A DNA stretch of 64,000 bases, from assembly GCA_018896645.1 (NCBI GenBank), contig JAHIMF010000041.1, positions 1,980 to 65,979 of the forward strand, given 5' to 3'. How positions within the stretch are numbered: the first letter of the stretch is position 1; every line of letters starts with the position of its first letter. Shown here one piece after another: positions 29,947 to 39,552 of the stretch. Below the pieces are notes generated by a model. The model worked only from the letters and a program-made list of their open reading frames with translations, did not search any database and was not told the DNA's origin. Position numbers and translations under genes: made by a program. This stretch comes from Patescibacteria group bacterium (GTDB lineage Bacteria > Patescibacteriota > Patescibacteriia > UBA2591 > JABMQE01).

Positions 29947-32151
29947 ATGTCCCGTCTTGAAAGTATTTATGTCAATATCATAAAATTTGGAACCTATGTT
30001 ATTCTTTTTGTTCCATTGCTTATCACTAAGCAATTTTATTTTCCTTATATTTTTGGCAAGGCAATTACTATCCGGTCTATCGTTGAGATAATGGCAGTTG
30101 TTTATATTCTTTTGGTTTTGCATAATCCTCGCTTCAAGCCGCGATGTTCGTTATTATTCTGGGGGGTTGTTGTTTTTATGGGCGTAAAAGTCTTAAGCAC
30201 CCTTATGGGCGTCAATGTCTATCATAGTTTTTGGAGTAATTACGAGCGGATGGAAGGGCTTCTGACCTTGCTGCATTTTGGAATATTATTTGTGATTGTC
30301 AGTGGTGTTTTTAAAGAAAAAAAGGAATGGCTGACATTATTTAGAATAGCCGTTAGCGCCAGTTTTTGCGTGGCTTTATATGGATTGGGACAAAAATTAG
30401 GCCTTTCTTCATTGCTTCATTCTGACATTGAAAAAATTGACAGTACTATTGGCAACTCGTCTTACGTAGCAATCTATCTAGTAATGAATTTTTTTATTAC
30501 TGTCTACCTGTTTATTAAAGACCGGAATCTTTTTTGGCGGATATTTTATGGAATAATATTGCTTCTGGATGTAATAATTATTTTTTTCACAGCCAGCCGG
30601 GGTGGTATGCTGGGACTATTGGGCGGAATTTTTCTTTTGTTGATTTTTGTAGTGTTTTTTACTCCTATCGGGTTGGTCAAAAAAGGCTATAAATATTCAG
30701 CAATAGGAACAGTTATTTTTTTAATTTTGACTGTAGGCACAATTTATTTAAATAAAGGCAAAGAGTTCATAAATAATATTCATGTTTTAAGAAAACTGAC
30801 CACCATCTCTTTTGCTGACAGAACCATCCAGGATCGTTTTATTAATTGGAATATTGGCTGGCAGGGCTGGAAGGAGCGGCCAATATTAGGTTATGGTCCG
30901 GAAAATTATTATGTGTCGTTTAATAAGTATTATAATTCACGGACAAGTGAACCTTGGTTTGATCGGGCCCATAATATCATTTTTGATCAGCTCAATTCCA
31001 GTGGGATTTTAGGCCTTGCCAGTTACTTGTTTATTCTTTGTGTTAGTTTATATTATCTTTGGAAAAAGAGAAATAGGGATTTTTGGCTTTCAGTTAGTTT
31101 TATTGGGCTGATTTTCGGTTATTTTTTTGCTAACCTTTTTGTTTTTGATAATTCCAGCACCTATGCGATATTCTTTTTAGTTTTGGCTTTTATAAACTTT
31201 ATAGTTTCGGGTCAGGAAGATGCCGAAGACGAACAAGCAGAACCTTCTAGAAAATCAGTTAGTGTTTTTATACCCTTGGGTCTATTAGCTGTTCTAACGT
31301 TTAGTTTATATTTTTTTAATATCCGCCCGGCGATTGCCAACAATATCGGCATTGAGGCCTACAAATATTCGCGGGTTAATTATTCTAAATCAGTAGATTT
31401 ATTTAAGAAAGCCTTGGCTTACAATACTTTTGGGAATCCGGAAATGAGTTTGCGCATAGGCGATTATGCGCTTCACCTTTTTAATGAGCTTGATGAGGAA
31501 AAAAGGGAAGTAAAAGAAATTCTAGATTTTGCAATCCAGGAGCTGGAGGCAAGTATTAATGAGGAGCCTTTAAATGCTCGATATTATTTGTATGTTGCCA
31601 GTCTATACAATGTGCGTTCCCGGGTTGAAAACCGGGAAGAGAATCTAAATATGGTTCTTAAACATCTTAACAAAGCTAAAGAATTAAGCCCAGAGCGCAT
31701 TGAAGTTTATTTTCAACTGGGACAGATTGCTCTTTCTGCTGGTGACAGAGGACAAGCAGTGAGAGATTTTGAAAAAGCGTTTAAGATTAGACCCGATAGC
31801 AATGACACTCAACTGAATCTTATGTTGGCCTACCTTTATGTTGGAGATAAAGAGAAAATTGATAAACAATTTGAAATTTTAAGAGATTTTGGTTTTGTTG
31901 TTTTGGGCGGTAATCAGGTTGAGAAATTAGTTGCCGCATTATATGCCATAAAAGAACTTGATAAAATTATTCAACTTTTAGAAGCCTACCTGGCAAGTTA
32001 TCCATCGTCAGAGTTTTACGCTAAATTAGCTACGGTTTGTTTGGAAGCGGGGAATAAAGAGAAGGCAAGAGAATATACATTGAAAGCGATGGAGTTAAAT
32101 CCGGACTTGAAAGAAGAAGGAGAAGTTTTTTTAGAACAGTTGGAAGAATAA
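29947..32151 (+). CDS. O-antigen ligase/oligosaccharyltransferase-like (Wzy_C) membrane protein with C-terminal TPRs
   Basis: ERMEG, STIGNS, TASRGG, RPILGYGPENY, FDRAHN; TPR helices at the C-terminus. Confidence 0.88.
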   Translation: MSRLESIYVNIIKFGTYVILFVPLLITKQFYFPYIFGKAITIRSIVEIMAVVYILLVLHNPRFKPRCSLLFWGVVVFMGVKVLSTLMGVNVYHSFWSNYERMEGLLTLLHFGILFVIVSGVFKEKKEWLTLFRIAVSASFCVALYGLGQKLGLSSLLHSDIEKIDSTIGNSSYVAIYLVMNFFITVYLFIKDRNLFWRIFYGIILLLDVIIIFFTASRGGMLGLLGGIFLLLIFVVFFTPIGLVKKGYKYSAIGTVIFLILTVGTIYLNKGKEFINNIHVLRKLTTISFADRTIQDRFINWNIGWQGWKERPILGYGPENYYVSFNKYYNSRTSEPWFDRAHNIIFDQLNSSGILGLASYLFILCVSLYYLWKKRNRDFWLSVSFIGLIFGYFFANLFVFDNSSTYAIFFLVLAFINFIVSGQEDAEDEQAEPSRKSVSVFIPLGLLAVLTFSLYFFNIRPAIANNIGIEAYKYSRVNYSKSVDLFKKALAYNTFGNPEMSLRIGDYALHLFNELDEEKREVKEILDFAIQELEASINEEPLNARYYLYVASLYNVRSRVENREENLNMVLKHLNKAKELSPERIEVYFQLGQIALSAGDRGQAVRDFEKAFKIRPDSNDTQLNLMLAYLYVGDKEKIDKQFEILRDFGFVVLGGNQVEKLVAALYAIKELDKIIQLLEAYLASYPSSEFYAKLATVCLEAGNKEKAREYTLKAMELNPDLKEEGEVFLEQLEE

Positions 32152-32260
32152 TTAATAGAGTTAATATGGTAGTTAATAAAGTAGTTAATAATGGCGACGG
32201 CAGGTCTATTAACCTTATTAACAATTTTATTAACTCTATTAACAACCGTATTAACAATTT
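32152..32260. repeat. GTTAATA / TATTAAC inverted periodic array
   Basis: About four GTTAATA-like units, a GC spacer, then about five TATTAAC units. Confidence 0.7.
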
Positions 32261-32316
32261 GAATAATCAAAATAAGGACTTCAATTCCTTAATTGATAAA
32301 TGAATGAATAGTAACT

Positions 32317-34353
32317 ATGTCTAAAAGATTTTTTTTATTCATATTTTTTTTGATAGCATCATTCTTCACCAGCAATGCAGTTTTTGCTTATCTGCCAACT
32401 GATCCGGGTTTTAGAACCGAACAGTGGTATTTACAGAAAATTAAAGCTTCTCAAGCCTGGGATTTTACTAAGGGTTCGGAAGATATTGTGATAGCAATTT
32501 TAGATTCTGGCGTAGATATTGACCATCCCGATCTTAAAGATAATATTTGGGTTAATGCCGGAGAGATATCAGGGGATGGGATTGACAATGATAATAATGG
32601 TTATATTGACGATATCCATGGCTGGGATTTTGTTGGTAATGACAATAATCCTCAACCTGATATTTTGGGCGTTCCTTATAACGAAGCCGGAGCTAACCAC
32701 GGTACGATTATAGCCGGAGTCTTGGGTGCCCGGGGAGACAATGCTAAAGGTATTGCCGGTATCACCTGGTATTCAAAAATTATGCCTCTGCGGGTGCTTA
32801 ACAGTGTTGGACTTGGTGATTCTGGTGCCGCGGTCCAAGCCATTGATTATGCAATAGTCCAGGGGGCGGATATTATTAACATGAGTTTTGTGGGGCCAGA
32901 CTATAGTTCGGCGATGTACCAAGCGGTTCGACGGGCCTGGGAAAAGGGTATAATTATTGTCGCAGCCGCGGGCAATGATTCAGTTGAGCAAGGTGATGAC
33001 TTGGATACCTATCATAGTTTTCCTGTGTGTTATGATGGGGCGGACAATATGGTCATCGGGGTGGCGGCAGTGGATGACAAGGACCGTAAGTCGGTTTTTT
33101 CAAACTTTGGCAATACCTATGTAGATGTTGCGGCACCGGGTGTTTCTTTTTATAGCACTCTTTTTCAGGACTTTTCTTCTCCTGATTTTCAGAATGAATA
33201 TGGCGGCTATTGGTCTGGGACTTCGGTGGCTACGCCCTTAGTTTCCGGGGCGGCTGCCTTGATTAAATCCTTAAGTCCAAATTTTTCCAATAAAAAAGTG
33301 AGAGATATTATTATTGCAAGCGCAGAGAATATAGATCCTGCTAATCCAGATATCGCTGGCAAGTTGGGTGGGGGTCGGCTTAATCTTTACAAAGCCTTAG
33401 ATTTGGCCTATAGCCAGCTTTTTAATATAGATTTGACTAAAAATATTATCACTGGCGCCGGCATTGGCGGCGGACCACATGTTAGAGTTTTTCAATCATC
33501 AGGCATAGCAATAACTAGCTTTTTTGCCTATGATGAAGGATTCCGGGGGGGTGTAACAGCAGTTGGTTGTGATTTGGATGGCGATGGGACGAGTGAAATT
33601 ATCGCTGGCGCCGGCATTGGCGGCGGACCCCATGTTAGAATTTTTGACCGTAAAGGAAAGCTTATCAATCTTTTTTTTGCTTATGATGAGCGATTTCGCG
33701 GCGGGGTTAATGTTGCTTGTGGTGATTTAGATGGTGACGGCAGGGACGAAATTGTCACTGGCGCCGGCATTGGCGGCGGACCCCATGTGCGTATTTTTAA
33801 TGGGGATGGACAGTTGGTTAATCACTTTTTTGCTTACAGTGAAAATTTTCGCGGCGGGGTGAATGTAGAAGTGGGGGATTTAGATAACAACGGCCGAGCC
33901 GAGATTTTCACTGGGCCCGCTTCCGCCGGCGGTCCCCAGGTTAGAATTTTTGATTGGCATGGGGCAGTGGTTGGCCAATTTTTTGCTTATAAAAAGGATT
34001 TTCGCGGGGGAATAGATATTGGCCTGGGTGATTTAGATGATAATGGCAGCCAAGAGATTATTGTCGGTGTTTCTCGCGGGGGCAGTTCTTATATCCGGGT
34101 TTTTGATCAATCATTTATTTTACGTTATCAATTTTTAGCTTACTTAGATGAATTCCAAGGAGGCGTCAATTTGGCTGTGGCTGACTTAGAGAGTGATGGC
34201 CGGGCCGAGATTATTACTGGTGCTGGCCAAGGCGGCGGTCCCCAAGTGCGGATATTTAATATAGAGGGCAAACCCTTGTCGCAGTTTTTCGCTTATTCTA
34301 AGTATTTTCGTGGGGGAGTGAACGTGGGGACGATGAAGAGTAATGGGGAATAA
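32317..34353 (+). CDS. Secreted S8 subtilisin-like protease with FG-GAP/VCBS-like repeats
   Basis: Signal peptide; triad AILDSG, NHGT, GTSVA; AAGN; 51-aa repeats GAGIGGGPHVRIF...FFAY..FRGGV.V..GDLDGDG. Confidence 0.93.
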   Translation: MSKRFFLFIFFLIASFFTSNAVFAYLPTDPGFRTEQWYLQKIKASQAWDFTKGSEDIVIAILDSGVDIDHPDLKDNIWVNAGEISGDGIDNDNNGYIDDIHGWDFVGNDNNPQPDILGVPYNEAGANHGTIIAGVLGARGDNAKGIAGITWYSKIMPLRVLNSVGLGDSGAAVQAIDYAIVQGADIINMSFVGPDYSSAMYQAVRRAWEKGIIIVAAAGNDSVEQGDDLDTYHSFPVCYDGADNMVIGVAAVDDKDRKSVFSNFGNTYVDVAAPGVSFYSTLFQDFSSPDFQNEYGGYWSGTSVATPLVSGAAALIKSLSPNFSNKKVRDIIIASAENIDPANPDIAGKLGGGRLNLYKALDLAYSQLFNIDLTKNIITGAGIGGGPHVRVFQSSGIAITSFFAYDEGFRGGVTAVGCDLDGDGTSEIIAGAGIGGGPHVRIFDRKGKLINLFFAYDERFRGGVNVACGDLDGDGRDEIVTGAGIGGGPHVRIFNGDGQLVNHFFAYSENFRGGVNVEVGDLDNNGRAEIFTGPASAGGPQVRIFDWHGAVVGQFFAYKKDFRGGIDIGLGDLDDNGSQEIIVGVSRGGSSYIRVFDQSFILRYQFLAYLDEFQGGVNLAVADLESDGRAEIITGAGQGGGPQVRIFNIEGKPLSQFFAYSKYFRGGVNVGTMKSNGE

Positions 34354-34406
34354 AGTTATAAGTTATTGGTTAGATATTTATTAATGTTAGAAGGATTGTT
34401 TTCAAC

Positions 34407-34865
34407 ATGGAAATCTTTAGAAAAATCATCAACTTAATTAGAGCCCATCCTTATATTCAAACTCACCACAAGTTAAAGCAATTTATAAAATTTGCTATTG
34501 TGGGGGCTTGTTGCGCTGTGATTGATTTTGGTATTTATTTAATTTTAACCCGCTTTGCCAATTTTAATTATTTAATAGCCAATCTTATATCTTTTTCATT
34601 GGCCGCAACTGCCAATTTTATTTTTAACAAGTTTTGGACTTTTCGGGATTATGCAAAGAAGAGGTTGCATGTGCAGTATATTAAATTCATTATCATTGCA
34701 GTTTGCGGTTTATTTTTAAACGAGTTGATTTTATATTTGCTTACTGACAAACTGGATTTGCACGATATACTTTCTAAAACAGCGGCAACAGTTATTATTC
34801 TTTCTTGGAACTTTACCATGCAGCGGGCCTGGACATTTAAAAATGCAGGTGAACTTTTAGAATGA
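34407..34865 (+). CDS. GtrA family flippase-like protein
   Basis: QFIKFAIVG, NFIFNKFWTF, WNF...R.WTF. Confidence 0.9.
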   Translation: MEIFRKIINLIRAHPYIQTHHKLKQFIKFAIVGACCAVIDFGIYLILTRFANFNYLIANLISFSLAATANFIFNKFWTFRDYAKKRLHVQYIKFIIIAVCGLFLNELILYLLTDKLDLHDILSKTAATVIILSWNFTMQRAWTFKNAGELLE

Positions 34866-34899
34866 CTTGTTTTTTAGAATATTTGAGGCTATAATGATA

Positions 34900-35111
34900 G
34901 TAACTTATAGTAATAAGCTCGGCTCGCTTCGCCCATTCGGCCCCGAGCTCTCCTCGAGTCTGAGCGACCTCGGAGTCGAAGACATGGCCGAGGGGTCGCC
35001 TTCGCGTAACACAATAGTAATACGATGGTAACTCATTGTTTCCTACAATGTATTACTATTGTATTACGCGAGTCCTGACGAAGTCAGGACGAGCTTATTA
35101 CTATAAGTTAC
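34900..35111. mobile_element. Composite nested inverted-repeat element (212 bp)
   Basis: Perfect 22-bp inverted ends GTAACTTATAGTAATAAGCTCG (34900-34921 / 35090-35111); second 21/22 inverted pair at 35002-35023 / 35050-35071; third copy of the unit at 48020. Confidence 0.8.
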
Positions 35112-35173
35112 CACCCTCTGTTCACTGCAATTATTTTTTAAATTTTGAAATTCTAATTTTTAATTCCAATCAT

Positions 35174-36235
35174 ATGCCTGAAAATTTTGTTTCTGGAAAA
35201 AAAAATGTTTTAGTAACAGGCGGAGCTGGCTTTATTGGCTCCCACCTTTGTGAAAAACTAGTTAAAAATAATCATGTACTTTGCCTTGATAATTTTAGCA
35301 CGGGGCAAGAAAGTAATATTGATCATTTGATTCAAAATCCTGATTTTAAGTTCATTAAACATGACATTACCGAACCAATAGATTTAGAAAAATCCCGCGA
35401 GGCCCAGATGTTTAAAATTGAATTTCAGGGTATCCAGGAAATTTATCATCTGGCTTGTCCAACCTCTCCCAAGGAGTACAATAAATACCCAATTGAAACC
35501 TTACTGGCTAATTCTTACGGCGTAAAAAATACTCTTGATTTGGCAATTAAATATAAAGCCAAATTTTTATTTAGCTCGACTGATGCTGTCTACGGCGAAC
35601 CCCAACCGAACCAGGAGCCTTTTAAAGAAGATTATTGGGGCTATGTTAATCATTTGGGTCCCCGGGGTTGCTATGATGAGGGTAAACGATTTGCCGAAAC
35701 TTTAATTGTTAACCATCGAAAAAAATTTAATATTGATACTAAAATTGCAAGAATTGCCAATACTTTTGGTCCTTTGATGAGACTTGATGATGGCCGAGTG
35801 ATTCCGGATTATATTAATTCGGCATTAAAGGGCAAGCCAATACTTATCCATGGTGATCAAAACACGGTCAGCACCTTTCTGTATATCAGCGATTTAATTG
35901 ATGCCCTAACCAAGATGATGGCCTCCAGCGAACCGGGACCTATTAATATTGGGAGTGCCGAAGAATATAGATTAGAGGATATAGCTAAACAAATTATAGA
36001 TCTGGCGGGTTCAAAATCAAAAACAGCATTTGAGGCTCCGCCGCCATATACCACAGTTCAGAATGTGCCAGATTTAACTTTAGTCAAAGAAAAGCTTGGT
36101 TGGTTTCCACTTGTGAAATTAGAAGAGGGTTTAAAGGAAACTATTGAAAAGATGCGAGGCGCAAAAGTGATCAAACCTCTGACTCCCTTTGATATAGTTG
36201 GCGCCCCCCAGCCTAAAGAGGAAGAGGATGAATAG
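35174..36235 (+). CDS. UDP-glucuronate decarboxylase (UXS)-like NAD-dependent epimerase/dehydratase
   Basis: TGGAGFIGSHL, IYHLACP.SP, YWG.VN..GPRGCYDEGKR. True start likely ATG 35174, because the upstream extension is translated repeat DNA. Confidence 0.88.
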   Translation: MPENFVSGKKNVLVTGGAGFIGSHLCEKLVKNNHVLCLDNFSTGQESNIDHLIQNPDFKFIKHDITEPIDLEKSREAQMFKIEFQGIQEIYHLACPTSPKEYNKYPIETLLANSYGVKNTLDLAIKYKAKFLFSSTDAVYGEPQPNQEPFKEDYWGYVNHLGPRGCYDEGKRFAETLIVNHRKKFNIDTKIARIANTFGPLMRLDDGRVIPDYINSALKGKPILIHGDQNTVSTFLYISDLIDALTKMMASSEPGPINIGSAEEYRLEDIAKQIIDLAGSKSKTAFEAPPPYTTVQNVPDLTLVKEKLGWFPLVKLEEGLKETIEKMRGAKVIKPLTPFDIVGAPQPKEEEDE

Positions 36236-36237
36236 AT

Positions 36238-36969
36238 ATGAAAATATTTATCATAATTCCAGCTTATAATGAAAGAGAGGCTGTTAATAGGGTAATAGAG
36301 AGAGCTCAATGTTATGGGCAGGTGGTGTTAGTTGACGATGGATCAACAGATGATACACTAAAAAGAGTTCAGAGTTGCGGGGTGCTCACACTGCGGCATT
36401 GCGTTAATTGTGGCCAGGGCGCAGCTTTAAAAACCGGCATTGATTACGCTTTAGCTAGTGGAGCCGAGATTATTGTAACCATGGATTCTGACGGTCAGCA
36501 CCGGCCAGAAGAGATTCCTCAGATAGTGAAGCCGATTGAGAGGGGTGAAGTAGATATTGTTTTGGGTTCTAGATTTTTGGAAGTTAGCACAAATGGCACC
36601 CCGCACAACTCACTTCGTTCGTATGCAGGGCGGGCAAAAGACCACAAAGACTGCATGAAATTTAAAATACCTTTTTCAAAAGAGTGGTTGGTCTTAAAAC
36701 CAGCGATTTTTTTTGAAAGGCTCTTTACGGGGTTAAAACTGACTGATGTTCATCAGGGGTTCCGGGCAATGTCCCGTGAAGCCGCCAAAAAAATTCAAAT
36801 AACCCAAGATAAAATGGCGCATGCCACTGAAATTATTTCAGAAATTAAAAGAAATAAATTACGTTGCAAAGAAGTGCCGGTAACTGTGGTTTATAATGAA
36901 TATGGGCAGGGGATGGGAGGTGCCTGGAAGATTTTGAAAGATTTGTTTTTCAAGAAAATAGTATATTGA
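36238..36969 (+). CDS. Glycosyltransferase family 2 (DPM1-like) with an in-frame repeat insertion
   Basis: IIPAYNE, VDDGSTD, N.GQGAALKTG, DSDGQH, GSRFL, TD...GFRA. Confidence 0.9.
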   Translation: MKIFIIIPAYNEREAVNRVIERAQCYGQVVLVDDGSTDDTLKRVQSCGVLTLRHCVNCGQGAALKTGIDYALASGAEIIVTMDSDGQHRPEEIPQIVKPIERGEVDIVLGSRFLEVSTNGTPHNSLRSYAGRAKDHKDCMKFKIPFSKEWLVLKPAIFFERLFTGLKLTDVHQGFRAMSREAAKKIQITQDKMAHATEIISEIKRNKLRCKEVPVTVVYNEYGQGMGGAWKILKDLFFKKIVY

Positions 36970-37050
36970 TTAATTGTTACATTGCTAAATTATTGCATTG
37001 CTGATGTGGATGATTGCTAACAATTTAGCAATTTGACAATGTAACAATTG
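36970..37050. repeat. 8-nt-period ATTG/CAAT inverted array
   Basis: ATTGTTAC ATTGCTAA...CAATTTAG CAATTTGA CAATGTAA CAAT; same family at 50930 and 52916. Confidence 0.7.
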
Positions 37051-37083
37051 GAACTAATTAATAATGGGCTAACAATTCTAACC

Positions 37084-37419
37084 ATGTTACCTCAACAAAT
37101 CATTGCTATTATTTTAATCCTAATCATTTTTTCGCGCATCGTTGTCCGTTTCCGTCGCAAGGAGATTTCTAAAAAAGAATTTGGCATTTGGACGGTTTTT
37201 TGGTTGTTGGCTTTGGGGGTAGTTTTATTTCTGCGCCAGGTCGATGCCTTTGTCCGGAGTATTGGTATTGTCGGCCGGGGGATTGATGTTATTGTTTATG
37301 TTTCCATTGCATTGATTTTTTATTTAATTTTTAGAATTATTGTGCGTTTGGATAAAATTGAACGGGAGATTACCAGGGTGGTGCGGAAAGTGGCGCTGGA
37401 TGAGGCGGACAAAAAGTAG
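37084..37419 (+). CDS. DUF2304 family small membrane protein
   Basis: GI.GRGID, three TMs, LDKIEREITRVVRKVAL tail; typically paired with a DPM1-like GT2; ATG at 37084. Confidence 0.88.
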   Translation: MLPQQIIAIILILIIFSRIVVRFRRKEISKKEFGIWTVFWLLALGVVLFLRQVDAFVRSIGIVGRGIDVIVYVSIALIFYLIFRIIVRLDKIEREITRVVRKVALDEADKK

Positions 37420-37442
37420 GGGTTTATTGCATAAACCCCTAT
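37416..37442. repeat. GTAG-type REP-like palindrome
   Basis: GTAGGGGTTTAT TGC ATAAACCCCTAT; includes the TAG stop of the DUF2304 gene. Confidence 0.7.
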
Positions 37443-37467
37443 GGATTTACATTTGGAATATGAATAT

Positions 37468-37514
37468 AAAAAAAGACCGAGGTCATCGCTTCTGCTGATG
37501 AACCTCGGTTTTTT
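37468..37514. terminator. Bidirectional intrinsic terminator
   Basis: A7, ACCGAGGT...ACCTCGGT stem, T-tract; lies between convergent genes. Confidence 0.7.
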
Positions 37515-37549
37515 GGACTTTTTGGTGGAAAGGAAGATATAGAAACAAT

Positions 37550-38314
37550 CTATTTCCTTGTCAAAAACGTTGTTCCGGGGTAAGAATCTCTGGGCCCATT
37601 TATCCTTTTTAATAAAATACTAGGTTCCTTGCCGTTAATTAGGGCTACTTCCACCTCTTTTGCGGTAGCGAGTTTTGCGGCTTCTATTTTGCTTAGCATC
37701 CCACCGCGGCTAATCGTAGAATCTGTTTTTTTAGCCAGTTGGATAATCCCTTTATCAATCAGAGGGACTTCTTTGATTAGTTCTGCCTCTGGTAACCCAT
37801 AATCACAGAATAGACCATCTACATCAGTCATAATAACCAGTATATCAGCTTTAATTAGCACTGCTATTTTAGCAGACAGTTTGTCATTATCAGCCAGATC
37901 TTTTAAAGCTTTAAGCTCCTCATCCATAACGGCGTCATTGGCATTGACTATGGTCACTTCCCCCCACTTAAATCCTTGCAAAAGTCTTTCTTGAGTGCAA
38001 AACTTATGATCATCTTCAAGATCGTAATAGGTGTAAAGGGCTTGGCCAATGCGAATTGACAGTTGGTCAAAAAAACGGGAATAGACATTCATTAATCTAT
38101 TTTGACCCACCATAGCGGCTCGCGCCGGGGGGTATCCCTTGTCTTTAATCATCCCGGTAGCTACGGCTCCAGAGGTGACCAAGATAATTTCATGACCTTG
38201 TTGATGTAATGTCCCAATTTGCTGAACAAGATGGCCAATAAAAGTTTCATCCAAGCCACTGGTCGTTTGAGCACTGCTTAACAATGAGCTTCCCACTTTG
38301 ATTACTATCCTCAT
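37550..38314 (-). CDS. proB: Glutamate 5-kinase (short form, no PUA domain)
   Basis: RIVIKVGSS, LVTSGAVA.G, A.VGQ, N.NDAV, DNDKLSA, TDVDGL, GGM.SKIEAAK; GGGAGG RBS. Confidence 0.9.
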   Translation of the reverse strand: MRIVIKVGSSLLSSAQTTSGLDETFIGHLVQQIGTLHQQGHEIILVTSGAVATGMIKDKGYPPARAAMVGQNRLMNVYSRFFDQLSIRIGQALYTYYDLEDDHKFCTQERLLQGFKWGEVTIVNANDAVMDEELKALKDLADNDKLSAKIAVLIKADILVIMTDVDGLFCDYGLPEAELIKEVPLIDKGIIQLAKKTDSTISRGGMLSKIEAAKLATAKEVEVALINGKEPSILLKRINGPRDSYPGTTFLTRK

Positions 38315-38420
38315 TGATTTCCTCCCGTTTAGTTATTTTTGTGTAGGAAAAACTTGTTTAAAGACCTTATCACACCTCACAAATCTTGTCAAGACCCTTC
38401 TAAAATGCTACAATTATCCT

Positions 38421-39524
38421 ATGAAAAAGGCAGCCGTGATAATTGTTACATACAATGCGGAAAAGTATATTGAGCCACTTTTTGAGAGCTTAGCTAAGCA
38501 AGATTATCCTAAAGATGATTTTAGGCTTTTTTTGGTTGAGAATAAATCCGAGGATAAAACAATAGCAGAGATTAAAAAATGGGTTGATGCAGAGATAAAT
38601 AGGAATGGCTCTAATATTTCTAATAAATCTAATATCTTGAATAAGGATTTTTTGGATGTGGAGATTATTGAGAATAAGAAGAATCTGGGTTTTGCTGGGG
38701 GATATAATGTCGGAATGAATAAATCGTTGGATAGGGGATTTGATTATATTGTTTTATTAAATCAGGACATGGAAGTGGATGAGCACTGGCTAAGCGAGAT
38801 GGTGAAAAAAGTAGAATCAGACAAAAGTATCGGTGCAGTGCAATCCCTGATGTTGCTCACTAAAAAACGAGACAAAATAAATTCAACAGGTGAGCGTTTA
38901 AATTATTTAGGCATTGGATATAGTGGTAATTATCAATTATTAATTATCAATTATCAACCCAAGGATAACATAATCAGCTATGCTAGCGGTGCAGCCGTAT
39001 TATTCAAGTCAGACGTGCTCAAACGCGTTGGCTTATTCGACGAGTCATTTTTTATGTATCACGAGGATTCAGATTTGAGCTGGCGAGTTCGTCTGGCTGG
39101 TTATGACATTGTTTTAGCAGATAAGGCGATTGTTTATCATGATTATAAATTTAATCGTAATCCCAAGACATTTTATTGGACCGAGAAAAATCGTTTAACG
39201 TTTCTTTTGAAGAATTTTGAATTTAAGACATTAGTATTAATTTTTCCAATATTTGCGGTTATGGAATGCGGGATGTTGTTGCACGCGTTAGTAACCGGCT
39301 GGTTTTGGCAGAAGATCAAAAGTTATGGCTGGGTTTTGCGAAATTTAGGCAATATTTTAAAGTCAAGAAAAGAGGTGCAGGAATTGCGCAAGGTGCGTGA
39401 TCGTGATTTAAAAAAGTATTTGGTGGCAGGAATAGAGTTTGGAGGGCTGGAGAATGTATTGCTTAAATATGTGGCTAATCCAGTGTTAAAATTATACTGG
39501 TGGGTTGTGAAGAGGCTTATCTAA
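38421..39524 (+). CDS. Glycosyltransferase family 2 (rhamnosyltransferase-like)
   Basis: IIVTYN, NLGFAGGYN.G, LLNQD, GLFDESFFMYHED.DL.WR; ATG at 38421 is 6 nt after TACAAT (TTGTCA, 17 nt, TACAAT). Confidence 0.9.
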   Translation: MKKAAVIIVTYNAEKYIEPLFESLAKQDYPKDDFRLFLVENKSEDKTIAEIKKWVDAEINRNGSNISNKSNILNKDFLDVEIIENKKNLGFAGGYNVGMNKSLDRGFDYIVLLNQDMEVDEHWLSEMVKKVESDKSIGAVQSLMLLTKKRDKINSTGERLNYLGIGYSGNYQLLIINYQPKDNIISYASGAAVLFKSDVLKRVGLFDESFFMYHEDSDLSWRVRLAGYDIVLADKAIVYHDYKFNRNPKTFYWTEKNRLTFLLKNFEFKTLVLIFPIFAVMECGMLLHALVTGWFWQKIKSYGWVLRNLGNILKSRKEVQELRKVRDRDLKKYLVAGIEFGGLENVLLKYVANPVLKLYWWVVKRLI

Positions 39525-39552
39525 ATCACGAATATTAAGGCTGTTTGAAAAT

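Noticed and set aside
33452-33782. Three identical 25-nt repeats at regular spacing, resembling a CRISPR array
   Set aside because: The period is 153 nt (51 codons), the intervening sequences are homologous protein repeats within the S8 protease, and no cas genes are present
35036-35173. N-terminal extensions in the ORF track (also 37048, 38298, 49861, 57037, 62891)
   Set aside because: They translate repeat or promoter DNA, or overlap neighbouring genes; downstream ATGs match family starts, RBSs or promoters
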